The position numbers and the translations under genes were made by a program. The notes beneath the pieces were generated by a model. That model worked only from the letters and a program-made list of their open reading frames with translations, was not told the origin of the DNA and searched no databases. A stretch of 64,000 nucleotides of DNA from Lama glama (Eukaryota), in assembly GCA_028534125.1 (NCBI GenBank), contig CM052817.1, forward strand, positions 2,358,001 through 2,422,000, in the 5' to 3' direction. This document shows, in pieces, positions 23,251-35,546 of the stretch; the first letter of the stretch is position 1; each line of letters starts with the position of its first letter.

Positions 23251-26200
23251 GACTGGCGAACGTCGCAGGGGCAGACCCCACCTCTGGCCCAGAGACCCCA
23301 CCTTGGGGCTGTGTGAGTGTTGGGGCGGGGGATCCCAGCGTGGGCTCTGAGCCTCAGATGCGGGCAGGGGGATCCCCCTACCTCGGGGTGGCCTAGTGGC
23401 TGCAATGTGGGGGGTGGCCACGAGGTGGCACCATTGGGCCGCAGATGCCATCCTGCCCTGGACTCCCCAGAGGCCCTGGGGCCTGGGGCCAGGCACCTGC
23501 TCTGGGCATTGTCCCCACGAGCACTGCAGCAGGTGGTGGGGTGTGCTCCGAGGCTCCCGCAGGGCTGGGCAGGCGCAGCCCTCCTGGGGCAGATCGTCTC
23601 CTCAAGCCATCAGGTCAGGGTGGGGGGACCCAGACTCTAAGGGGCTGGGGGAGGGGCAGATTAGGGCAGGCATCATCACCCCACCCCTCAAAGAACTTCA
23701 CCTTCTCCCCTCTCCTCCTCTCTTACAGGCTCTGTCTTTCTGTCTCCAGGTCTGTCTGTGGGTCTCTCCCTCCATCCAGCCTCTGTTCCCCTGGTACCTG
23801 TGATGTGGGTCCCCAGCCCTGTGATCCAGGCAGGCATCCAGCCTCCCAACCCCCCATCCCTCCCCATTCTCTGCTGCTCCTCTGGAGGGTGAGCGATGCC
23901 CAGTCCAGAGCCCAGGCCTGGCTGGGCGGGGGTCCCGAGGGCTCTGGGCCTTAGGCAGCAGTGGCGGGGGGACCCTGTGATGCACTGGCCTTCCCTCCCT
24001 GAGCACCGGCTGTGTCCTGAGAGGCTGGAGTCCTTTAGGCACTGACCAACCTGACCTTCACGGCAAACGTGAGCCTGGAACCACGTGCTCTCTTTCACAG
24101 GACGGGACACGAGGCTCACGGAAGCTGAGCTGGTGACCCTGAGCTGGGGATGGGTGAATGCAGGTGTGCATGAACGAGTGAATGAGTGGTATTGTCGGAC
24201 TTCTCAGCATGGACCAGAGAGCTGCCAGATACAAGTGTGGTCCCTGCCAGCTTTGACCCTGGAGGTCATGGGAAAAGGACTGGCTTCACCATACGGCCTG
24301 GACAGATGTCCCCGGAACCCAGCTTCCCAGATGCAGGAAGATGATCCTGCTCCCCAGGCTCAGTACACTGTGAAGTGTGGTGAATAGGACATGCGTGCGG
24401 CATTCCCAGCAAATCCTGGAAGCTGTCCCTTGGCTTTCTCTCTGCGTGTGACCTCTGAGCTCTGCGCAGGCTTGGATGGCAGGGACCTGGGGGCTCAGAG
24501 GACACCCCTGGGGCCCCCTTCAAGGTCACTCTCCATCACCCCACCCAAATGCCAGGGTTCTGCCGGCCTGCCGCTCCCGCACCTGCAGGAACCTCCAGGA
24601 GACCCACAGGTGTCCAGGGGCCTGGACGTCCTCCAGCCAGTCGGCCCAGGCCAGAGCCTCTGTGGCCAAAAGCGCCTGCACAAATGGCCACGTTAACCAC
24701 CCATTTCCTTCATGAAGTGTCGGGCCCAGAGACTTGGGGGCAGGAAGAATAATGCTGGACTGAGCTGCCTGCCCCCAGACCAGGAAGTGCCGCCGTGACT
24801 TTTCATCTTTCCCTAAAAGCCCCCATCAGGGGAGGCAGGCTTGTGCAGGGCTGGGGCACACACACGGGCCGGGGCACACGCACGGGCTTGTGCGGGGCTG
24901 GGGCGCTGGCTCCCAGGGCTACAGCTCACACCTCCCAGGAGCAGGGCACCCACCTTCCCGGCTGGAGGTGACGGGGCAGAGGGTGCTCCGACCCCTGCCA
25001 GAGGACGGCTAGCGCCCTGCCCCCTGCCCTCTGCGGCCACAGCTCTCTGGGTCCAGGGCTCAGGAAACCGGGTTCTCCTCGTGGGCCTCCCTGTGCCTGC
25101 GCTGGGCCCAGACAGGGGGGTGGGGGGCAGATCCTGGGCTGAAAGAGGAGGTTGGGAGGACATCAGGGCAGCACTGCAGCCGAGGGTCGAGGGTCCGGGC
25201 TGCAGGGGCCAGTGAGCTGGGGGTGTATCTGGGAGGGGGCAGGCCAGCCTCTGTCCTGAGAAGCTCGAAGGCATCCCCTTGGCCTGTGGCCTCGTCCGTG
25301 AGCCGACTGCTGGGCACTCGGTGTGGAGCCAGCCCTCAGCTGACCGGAGCACCTGCGGTGTCCAGAGTCCAGCTGCCCCGCATCATCCAACTGGGAGCCT
25401 GACAGCAGCCAGGTGCCCCCCAAACTGCAGCCCCCCGTGGAAGGCTCTGTGTCCCCAAAAGCTCTGCATGCTGTCTCCGTACCAGCCACCCCCACCCTAC
25501 TCCGCCCCGTCCCCTCCCCCCATGTTCCCCCACCTTGCCTGTCTAAGTCCCCCCCGATCGGCAATCGGCGGCCGTGAAGCCTTCGTTCTGGACCCTGACC
25601 AGCTTGTCCTCCTCCAGCACTGACTTCCCTGGCTGGGCTTCTGCCGGGGTCTGTGTCTCCGTCACTCTCGCAGGTCCCCACCTCAGCGTCCCCGAGTTGC
25701 CAGGTAGGGGCCTCTGCCTAATGGCCCCAAGGGATGGGGCCACAACCATGGGCATGGCCACCGTTGTTAGTCTGCCCACGGGCTCTTGGGTCCTGCAGGA
25801 CACAAAGGAAGAGCCTCTGCAGCGGTGACGTGGCTCCGGCCACCCCCTGCCTGTCCCTCCGCCCTCCATCCTCTCACCCCGACACCTCTGAGATGCCGCC
25901 GGTGGGTGCAGCTCCGCCTGTCCGGGTACATGGCTGCGCGGCCCCGCACTAGCTCACCCAACCCCACACCGTGTCCTCATCGTGCAGAGGCAGGAGACTG
26001 AGGCCCCGACGGTCACAGTGGCACGCCCTGGGTCCCACGGCCAGGGAGCTCCAGATTTACACCCTGGTCTGGTCCTGGATGCCGGGCGCCGACCACAGGA
26101 CCGCCCTGCCTCCCACTTCCCAGCTCTCCTGGGATTCCCAGTCTGCCTCCTTTCCTGGACAGTCCTTCAGTGGATGTCAAGTGAGATGAGGCCTGGTTTT

Positions 26201-29200
26201 CATCAAACTCCATGTGAAAACAATTCATCTCAGAGACAAACATAGAGGCTGTTTTGTTACAAACAATGGCTGCTGGGGGTCTGCCCATGGCCTGCCCCCT
26301 TCCGTGGCCCCAGGGTCCCACCCGAGAAAGTCAGGGACTGTGAAATGGGGGGAGGGCAGAGATGGGGCCAGACGGCCTGGAACCCAGCTGGGGGGAGGGG
26401 GAGCAGGCGTTGAGATGCGCAGGACGAGGTAGACCTCAGACTGCCGGTGCCCTCCGGGGGCTCGGGAACCGGCCCTTGGGAAGCTGAGAGGCAGACGAGA
26501 GATCCTCTGGGGCCGGGAGTCTGTGTTGAGGGGGAGTGGTGGGGGCAGCACGGGGGCCCTCAGTGGGCCGGAGGCCAAGCGGGCCCCCCAGCCCCCAAGC
26601 TCCCAGGTTTGGAGCGGGACCGGGGCACCTGCCTTCTGAGAGAAGCGTCTGGAGCAGCTCCGCCCCGCTGGGGGAGGGACGCGCCTTGGGTTCCCCTGTG
26701 CTGAGACGGGTTCCGTCTGCCCCCTCCAGCCGTCCGCTCCTCCCACGAGGCTGGATTTCTAACAATAACCTCGCCGACCCTGCACGTGCGCCCTGGGGCG
26801 CCCCCACCCCGGAGGGACAGCAGCAGCCCTCTGCACCCTTGCACGTGCCCTGAGTGAGGCGCCGCCATGTTCGGCCCAGCGGACCCTCCGCAGGACCATT
26901 AAACGTGCCTTCACCTGACTCGTTCCATCTGCAATGACCCCATCTCCATGACGGTGGCATTCTGAGGTCCTGGGACTCAGATCCGGGGCGCGCAGTTCAG
27001 CCCATCGCCGGCAGAGCCACACGCGCCTGACCCCTCGGCAGGCGCTCCTCTCCGGGGGCTGATGTGTAAGTGGGACCCGTGGATCTTCCGTGGCCACCAC
27101 TGTCAGGGGCCGGAGAGGGAGGCCCCAGGACGCACCCGGAGTGAGTTAGGAGCAAAGGTTTGGCAAGAAAGTTTGGTAAATTCTGTGCGGTGGATGGTGG
27201 ATTTCCTTTGGGGGTAAAACGGCAGAGAGGGAGGGAGAGGACTCCACATGGCCCGTGCATGTGGCTTTCTGAGTTCTGTTCCCCTTTGCTCAGTGCAAGT
27301 CCAGCAAACCACCTACAATCCTAATTCAGCTGACAAGTGTGCCGAGAAAGTGAAAAATGACTTTTTCATGGTGTTTACTGCTCAGACTTACCCAACTCAG
27401 CTGAGAAAACAATGCCCCACGAAGAACGCAGCTGGCTTCGGGTGTCCCCGCGGCATTTCATACACCAGACACACTCCCAACAGGCAACTGCCTGGCTCTT
27501 AGACGAGACCTAGTAACATGTGTTGCAAGAGCAATGCATGAATGAATGAATGAATGAAGGTACATGGTCCAGATCCAGACCCTACAGGGACTGCACCGGT
27601 CATGCTGTCATTCATTCCTGGGATTCCAGAATATTCTGATGCACTGGATGACTCCACCAGGAAGGGTCCAGGACATCTCTGTGTCTTTGCATGACTTGCC
27701 ATGGGAAGTATTTAATTTTGTTCTGCTTTTTCCAACAGCATCTTCTGAGGAACGTGAGCACAGCCAGGGGGAGGTGATGGTGAAGAGGCCAAGGCAACCT
27801 GTCACCAGAGGGACCAAGGAAAGGAGGTCCAGGGGATGGGGTCACTGCTGGTACTCATCTGAAGGGCTGCCACAGGGGCAGGGAGGCCCAAGTACGTCAG
27901 GGACACAGCTGGAACCGTACGTGGATGCTCCAGGGAGGCAGATAACAGTCAGTGCTGACCAAGTGTGGAAAGGGCCGCCCCATGAGGTAGTGAGCTCACC
28001 ACCCCCAGAGGTATGCGAGCTGAGTCTGCTCAGCCATCCACTGGGAATACAGTGGGAAGCGCCGAGGGGTCACGGAAGAGAGAGCTGGGGGCTGGGGGTG
28101 GGGGAGGCTGAGGAGCGGTTGCCATGGGGCTGGCTCTCAGCTCCCGCAGGTCACATCTCCCAAAGGAGCCCTGATGGTCACGTCTCCCAAAGGAGACTCA
28201 GCCCTGCTTCCGAGGTTGGCAGGAGGCACTTTTTCTACTTTACAGAAGAGAAAGTTTAGTTCCCGAGAGAGAGCACGGGGTGAAGCCCTCGCTCTGCAGC
28301 CTCCGGTCTCCGGATCAGAGGTTCCCAGACGGGGAGGCCAAGGGTCCCCCAGCCAGGCTGGTGGGCCAGCCCAGTGGGCAGGGGGAGCTCCGGGAGGTGG
28401 GGAGGGGGGAGGGGGAGGTGTTACAAAAATCCCAGGAGTGATGATTGCTTCAACCTGTGGGCAGGGTGGCCGCTGCGGGCGGCCTAGCTGCGTTCCGCCA
28501 GCCCCCCAGGTCTCCCCCCCCCTTCGGCGCTGGGCAGCTGGCTCTGGGCTCTTGAATAGCCGCCAGCCTCCACCCTCCAGTGGTGAGATCACGGGACTAA
28601 ATCCATACTCCCCGTCAGCCCCCCAGTATAATGGGGAACAGATGCTCCCAGAGGGGCCCGAGTTGGGAGGGCTGCCCGCAGGGGCTGGCGAGGCTCCCCG
28701 GATCCTAGTCATGGCGACACTACCGCTTACCAGACCCTTCCATGGGCGCATCGCTGCTGACCCACCGCAGCTGAGCAAGGGTGGTGTCCCTCGAGGAGGA
28801 AACGGGCGAGGTCGGGACACTGCTGCCGGGAGGCGGGGCAGAGCCGCACCCTAGTCCTGGGCTCTAAAGCCCATGCAGGTCCCGCAGGCAGCCACGCACC
28901 GCTTCCCTCCGAGCAGCGCGCCCTCCCTTCCGTGATGCAGCTTCCCTCCGGGCAAGGGGACCTCCTTTTCCAACTTGGTTTATGTAACAAACGCTTACGG
29001 AGCGCCTCTTTCCCCGCCCCCCCACCAGGCTGAGTCCTGCCCTCGTGCAAGGAGCTGGTGGGGGTGAACCAGGCAGCAAGTGGCCACGAGCGTCAGCAGA
29101 TCGCGCTGTGTGGAGGCAGGTGCTGGAGGGAAATAAAATGGGGCAGGTGTGGGGAGGAAGAAGCTGACGTTTTAAGTAGGGTAACGGGGGAGAGGGACGT

Positions 29201-29329
29201 TTGCACAAAGCCTTAGGGACAGGAGGGGGAGAGCAGAGTGTGCCCGCACAGGGCATGACCAGTGCAAAGGCCCGGGGGCAGGAGCCTCCTGATGTGTTTG
29301 AGGACAGGTGGGCAACGCGCCTTTTGCCC

Positions 29330-29750
29330 TTCGTGTCCTGAGGCTGCTGTGACAAAGTACCACAAACCGGGGGCTTAGAACAACAGAAAATCATTCTCCC
29401 ACAGTCTAGGGGGCCAGAGTCAGCACCAAGGCATCGGGGGCTCTTGTTCCCTCGAGATGCACTGGGGCGGACCTGCTCCCTGAACTTTCAGCTCCTGGTG
29501 GCTGCCAGCAGTCCTGGGCTCCTGTCTCTGCCTCTGTCTTCATGTGGCTTCTCCACGCCTGCCTGTCTGTAATCTCTCTCTGCTGCTGTCCTAAGGACAC
29601 TCTGGCCGCTCTCAGAGCCCAGGACACTGTCTCCACCTCAAGGTCCTTAACCTAATCCTGTCCACAAGGTTTGTTGGTTTTAAATAAGGCCACATTTGCA
29701 GGGTCCAGGGATAGAACGTGGCTGTCTCTGAGGGGCCATTGTCAGGTGAC
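29330..29750 (-). mobile_element. MaLR solo LTR, MLT1C-like
   Basis: GGCTGCTGTGACAAAGTACCACAAACCGGGGGCTTAGAACAACAGAAA...CTCAAGGTCCTTAAC...AAATAAGGCCACATT. Confidence 0.85.
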
Positions 29751-30289
29751 ACTCTGGGATCAGGGCCTTGTCCCCCATGTGCCTTGAGGGTGGTACTTGG
29801 TGAGCAAGAGCGTGGCACAGCTGGTACAGGAGGGCCCGGCGGGCCGGACGATCGTGGACACTCATCCCCACGCAGTCACTGCAAAGCAGCCAGGGGCCGC
29901 TGCCCACCGCCAGCTCACACTCTGCAGCGGCCCCGACGTCACCTCCTCTGCCAGCATTCTCTCCTCACCTCTGCAGGGTGAGGCTGGAGCAGGACCTGGG
30001 CGGGACTGGCGAGGGCTGGGGGTCATTGTCCCTGACATCGGGGTTCCCTGGTGCCGTGCGACGGAGGATTACACCTACTCAAATGTGGAGGAAGGCGGCG
30101 GTGCTACAGGGAGGGTCACCTCCCTGGGCCCGGCGCCCTGATCCCCAGCCCAGGGGACCGCGTGGCAGTCGGGTCTAGTCAACTGAAAAAAAAATCGTAA
30201 TTGATAGCAGTAGGTGTCTAAGGTGAGCATCTGAGTCCCGTTCCCTGCAGAGCGTCTGTCTCAGTTCCACAAACACCCATGGGAGGAGG

Positions 30290-31330
30290 TGGGACCACAG
30301 ACCGTAGGCCTGGCCCAGACGCAATCCTGGGGCCTCCTTAAGGAAAAAGGCGCAAGATTATGAAAGCAAAAATAAGGACAAAGGTAAACATCAAGTTACG
30401 AATCGAATCGCATAACGCTATCCTTTTTCTGAAATTGACAAATACCACGGGCGCTTAAAAAAATCCAGAAAAGAACGTGCTCTTCTCCACCTGCCCTGCG
30501 GCATTACCTTCTCAGACGTTCTCAGAGACGCTGCTGCCTCTTCTCGTGACAGTCCCGCCGTCTCACGTTCTCTGGAAACGGCGGAAACACAAGTCCAGCT
30601 TTCTGCTATCAAGTGTGATTGAAATGTGTTTTTGATCATTGCTGGCTTAGGAAAGTTCTTTTGTTGTTTTGTTTGTGGTTTCACAACTCATTACTAGTGA
30701 CGCCACCAAAAAATCGCTGAGTTTCTTCCAGGACATTTACACCTTTCATCCTCATTCTTTTTTTGTTGTTGTTGTTTTGGGGATTGGGGGGGGTGTGGAG
30801 GTAATCAGGTTTATTTATTTATGTATTTTTAATGGGGGTACTGGGGATTGAACCCAGGACCTTGTGCATCTAAGCACATGCTGTACCCCTGAGCTACACC
30901 CTCCCCCATCCCCATTCTTAGCTGAATTAGTCCCCAGCCCAGGGGTGTGTGCCGTTTCTGTTCAGGACGCGGCTCCTCTTCAGCACCGCTGCCCGGGGCC
31001 TGCTCTCAGCGCTGTCTTGAGTCACATTCACTCCGCAGCCTCTGCTGGCTTTCCTGCTGGCCTCGTGGCCCTTATTTCACATTCCGGCGTCTTATCTGAG
31101 TTTTTTCCCTGGTTCCTTAAGGGATAAATTTAAAGTTGACAACAAGGCCCCTTTGATGTCAATCCAAACCGGGAATCTGCAATTTCTCACTTGTTTTATT
31201 GAATCGCTCCAAACTGTCTTTGCAGATTAGAGTTTAAACAGGGCATTTGAGCTTTACCAACTTTCTGAAGAAAGCCCTCCCATCTCGTTTATGATCCTGC
31301 CTCTTCCAAGTGTTTGAGCATCTATCTTCG
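30290..31330. mobile_element. Probable hAT-Tip100 DNA transposon remnant (Zaphod/MER115-like)
   Basis: AT-rich block in GC-rich surroundings. GGGGCCTCCTTAAGGAAAAAGG...TGACAAATACCAC...AAAATCCAGAAAA resembles the recalled Zaphod/MER115 end. Boundaries are uncertain. Confidence 0.45.
30760..30906 (-). mobile_element. Camelid tRNA-derived SINE (vic-1-like) with 13-bp TSD
   Basis: Minus strand reads GGGGAGGGTGTAGCTCAGGGGTACAGCATGTGCTTAGATGCACAAGGTCCTGGGTTCAATCCCCAGTACCCCCATT, followed by an A-rich tail. TSD is CATCCTCATTCTT (30747-30759) / CATCCCCATTCTT (30907-30919). Confidence 0.9.
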
Positions 31331-32299
31331 AGTCCTTGCAGCTCTGGACCCTTCAGAGCACCCCCGGGTCCCATCCCACCTTCTACGGAGGCCGGGAGCT
31401 AGTCCTCCCCACAAGCTGTGTGTCAGCGCTGACAGCAGCCCGGCCAGACCTGTGTCACTTCACTCAGTGAACTGGCCAGGGTCGGTTGGCAGAACATTAA
31501 CACTCACAAGACGCAAGTCACCCTCAGTGCCCGTCCAGGTGCCCCACCCAGAGTGACTGGGTCAGACGTGGGCGGGGGTCCTGACCCTCTAAGCCATGCC
31601 CATCCCCTGCTGCCCAGGGGACCAGGAATGCTGGAGGGCTGTGTGTCTGCCACGGGGGGAACAGGGGCAGAGGCGTCCTGTGTCCTGGCAGAAGCATCCG
31701 GTGCACAGAGCCTGAGCCAGATTCTTCTGAGAAAGAGGGGGCTGCATGGGTGTGAGAAGAACAAACAGGCAGGGGTTCTAATCCCACCCCGCTCCTCCCA
31801 GCTGGGGCACCCAGCCAGGAAGCAGCACCTCGCCGTCCTTGGAACCCCCCACCCCCGGCGTGGGATGCGGTGCGTGCCCCGCTGGGCGGGGCCGGCCAAG
31901 GCCACTGGTCTGCGCCCAGAACCCTCCTGGAGCAGGTAGCGGGGGCCTGCCCCTCACGTTTGGCCAGATGGTGCAGCCTCCCTGGCCAGAGTGCTGCCCT
32001 CCTGGACGGCTGCTCGCTGTAACTGCTCGAGGAGACCTCAGTCCGGAGCTGGGCTCAGCCTCTCAGGAGTGCCTCAGGCCTCCTCGCCCACGCCCATGGC
32101 AAGCGCATCCCCGCGCTCTCCCCTCCCTGGGCTCAGCAGCCCCGGGACACACAGGGAAGGCAGGCGCTGGGCAGGAACAGCCCCGCTGTGTCGCTTGGTG
32201 GCCCCTTTGGGCCTGACCTGCCTGGCTGGCCACCCTGGGCCCTGGGGGAATCCAGACCCCGTGTCACCACTCATTCCTGCAGGCATGTGTCTGTCTGTC

Positions 32300-32755
32300 C
32301 AGCCGTGGCTGGCTGAGCAGTGCCTCCCCGGTGCTATTTGTGCCCTTATCCCTGGAACGTGTGGCATGTGACCTATCAGGACAAAAGCGACTTTGCAGAT
32401 GTGATTCAGTGAAGGATCTTACGATGGGGAGAGAATCTTAGGTGACCCGGGTGGGCCTCACATAATCACAGGGTCCTCGTAGGAAGGAGGCAGAGAGAGA
32501 GGAGACAGAGGCAGAGATTGGAGGAGGGAAGGCACCGCACTGCTGGCCCTGGAGACGGGGGAGGGGCCGCGAGCCAAGGAAGGCACCGCCTGCAGAGGAG
32601 ACAGGGAAGCAAATTCTCCCCTGGAGCCTCCAGAAGGAGCCAGCCCTGCCCGCCCCTTGATTTTAGAACTCCTGGCCCCCAGGCTCAGGGGCGTCTCTCT
32701 GTTTTAAGCCACTCCTCTGTGCTGGTGGGCCACAGCGGCTGCAGGCAGCAGACAC
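32300..32755 (+). mobile_element. MaLR solo LTR, MLT1D-like
   Basis: GACTTTGCAGATGTGATT...AGGATCTT...ATAATCACAGGGTCCT...CTGCTGGCCCTGGAGA...ATTCTCCCCTGGAGCCTCCAGAAGG...TGTTTTAAGCCAC. Confidence 0.8.
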
Positions 32756-35134
32756 CCTAGCCAGCAGGCTTTGCGGACCTCCCGCCCTCGCCCTGGTCCC
32801 AGGAAGGCCCAGGCCCTGCCTTTGGAGCTGGTGGTCTGGCTGGACGGTCAAGCTCTGTTCTGCTGAGAAGTGAAGTAACAGAGAGGGTCCTTCCAGAGGG
32901 GAAGAAGGCGCCGTGTCTGAGCGCCGGGACGCCAGCCGGGCACAGGGCACACGCGCCCCCGTGCAGCACAGCGCCCACGCCGTGGTGGGGAACCGAGGCT
33001 TGGGGGCCGCGGCTGACCGTGATGTGGGCTGGCACAGGCTCGGGGGTCCGGAGGCCGGGCCCTCCTATGGGTGGGGCTGAGTCAGCTCCAGGGCCAGGTG
33101 CAGAGATGGGGTGGGGGGCTCGGACGGCGGTGGGGAGCAGGGTGGGGACCAGGCCTCCCTGCGCCCCTCCCCTCTCCCCAGGTCCCGCCGGCTGCGGCTC
33201 TCCTGCCGGCTGTCTGCCTCTCTTTCGTTCAGTACAGCAGAGCCCCCACTTTGGTCCTAGCGACATCCCCCCGCCAGACCTGGCTGCCCCGACCCACCCT
33301 GCCTTCTGTTGGGGGCCAGCCCGGGCCATCTCCCCATGACCGGGGACCCATGAGGGCCCAGCGCCCAGAGGCTGCCTCCGAGTGGGGGCGAGGGCAGAAA
33401 TCCCCATGTGAGGGTCCCTGGAAAGGCCCAGGAGAGTGTTAACGGCGATGCCCACGCCAGTTTACGAAACGTGCTCAGAGAGGTGTCCTGCCACTCAGAC
33501 GAGAAGCAGGGAACAGGGCTGGGAGTGGCCGCCTGCTATGACCACAAGTCGGGCTCAGGGCACAAATCGGCTTGAACATGGTCTCAGGCCATGGGGAGTG
33601 TTGGTGCCTTTGATGTAGAGAAATTGCCTAGTAAGAAACTATTTCAGCCAACTCCCCGGCCGCAGAGGGGCAGTGAGCGTGCAGGGGGCCTGGGGGCCCG
33701 GGGGCCAGAGACGAAGCTGCCTGTGCGCATCGACACAGGTGCTCTCTTGAGCCCCTCCCATAAGCCAGGCTGGCTGCTGAGGATGCAGAGCGCCAAGCGG
33801 GCATCCCCACACCTACCCAGAGGCTTAGAGCCCAGGACAGGAGTCAGACACCAACCAGATAATCACCAAGATGCACGTGGAATCACAGTGGGAAGTAGAG
33901 CTCCCAGGACATGAGAAAGGCCGGGAAGGCTTCCTGGAGGTGGTGAGCACTGAGCAGAAGCTGGAAGGATGCGTAGGATACGAGGTGAGGGGAGAATCGT
34001 AAGGAGGAAAATACTAAATCCTGAAGGAAACCCCAGAAAGATAGTGAAGCGGGCAGAGGAGCAGGGGTCAGGGGGGCAGGCATCCTGTTCTCCTTCTGAG
34101 ACTTTATTACGCAAGTTCAACCACATTCAGGCAATACTTGGATAAGTATTATGTATTTAAAGCCAAACAAGGAAGAAATGAAGGATGGAGGACAGAGGAT
34201 AGAAGAAGAGGAACAGCCTGAATCTGCTGGGATCCACATGATTGTGGCTTGGAGCCGAGGCGTGGAGGGTCCATGTGCGCCCCAGGAGGGTCTGCCCAAG
34301 GCGAGGGGTGGAGGCTCCCCAATTCCAGCACGTTCCTTTCAAACACGGAGGGCTGGTCTTCCAGCATCTCTGACATAGAACAGAGGATGTGGGAATTATT
34401 AGCCATCAGCTTCTCAGGTGTCCAGAGCAAAACAGGTGGCCCGGCTTCTCGCCCCATGCTCCTTTCAGCATCAGACGAAGAACAAACACGGCCCACCGGA
34501 GACAAGCTGCAGATCCCCATGTGCTTCGGAGACCGCCAGCCTGGGCCGTGACCCCGCGGAGGACAGACGCCTCCAACATTTGGGGTAGTATCCACAGGCC
34601 GGCAGGCGCATGTGGGTGCAAGATGGGCCCTCCTGCCTGGGGAGTGTCGGCGGGGCAAGGCTGTCTTGCTGTCTCTCATCCCAGCCCCACTGGGGCTGCA
34701 CAGCCCCCGCCCCACCCACAAGAGCCGCCCCAGCCCACCTGGCGCCTTGGGGAGGGAGCAGGTGGTGGAGGTCCGAGAGGGCATGATTCAGAGGGAGATG
34801 GTGTGGGGTGGGGTCGCAGCTCCAAGAAGGGGCCTGATCCCAGGAATGGTCAGAGCCACTGCAGCTCCGGGTTTCAGAACTGGAGCCCAACGCACCTGCC
34901 CCAGAGGTGTGCCTGCCCACCAGGCCCTGGCAAGGCGGGCTCCCCCAGAGATACCATAGGTGGGAAAGCAAGTGGCCGGTATAACAATTGAGGCATTGCA
35001 TGCTCTTTCCACAAAGAACTGGCCACGATCTGTGAGTGCCTTGGATGAACAAAGCGGTGTGACCGGCAGGGCTCGGCTGCCCCATCAAGCAGCTGCTTTT
35101 CAAAGCTTCGTTTCTGCCTCTTCCCACTGCCTAC

Positions 35135-35360
35135 TTAGGTTAACAGCACAGTGGTCACGGGTGGACTCCACACTGCCCACCTTGAATCCTGCCTCGGCCA
35201 CTGGCCGTGTAGTCTTGAGCAAGTTGCTTGCCCTCTCTGAGCCTCCGTTTTCTTGTCTGTAAAATGTGAGTCTTGACAGCATCTACCCCCATGAGGTTTC
35301 CATAAAGATTACACGAACAAATCCGTATAGAATATTGAGCACATAGCAAGTGTGCAATCT
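35135..35360 (+). mobile_element. Near full-length MIR
   Basis: tRNA-like head (TTGAATCCTGCCTCGGCCACT), core (CTTGAGCAAGTTGCTTGCCCTCTCTGAGCCTCCGTTTTCTTGTCTGTAAAATG) and tail (GCACATAGCAAGTG). Confidence 0.8.
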
Positions 35361-35546
35361 CTGCAGTTGTGAATGGCCGCTTTTACCAACGGCTTCCTCT
35401 AAGCCAAGCACTCTGCATTTCGCTTCATCGTCCCAGGTGCCCTGTGACAGCTGGTGGCAATCACACTTCTGGGTTACTTGTGCAGAGACTGGAGCTCAAA
35501 AGTTTATGTGCCAGGGACTCAAACACGTATCTGTGTATACATACTT

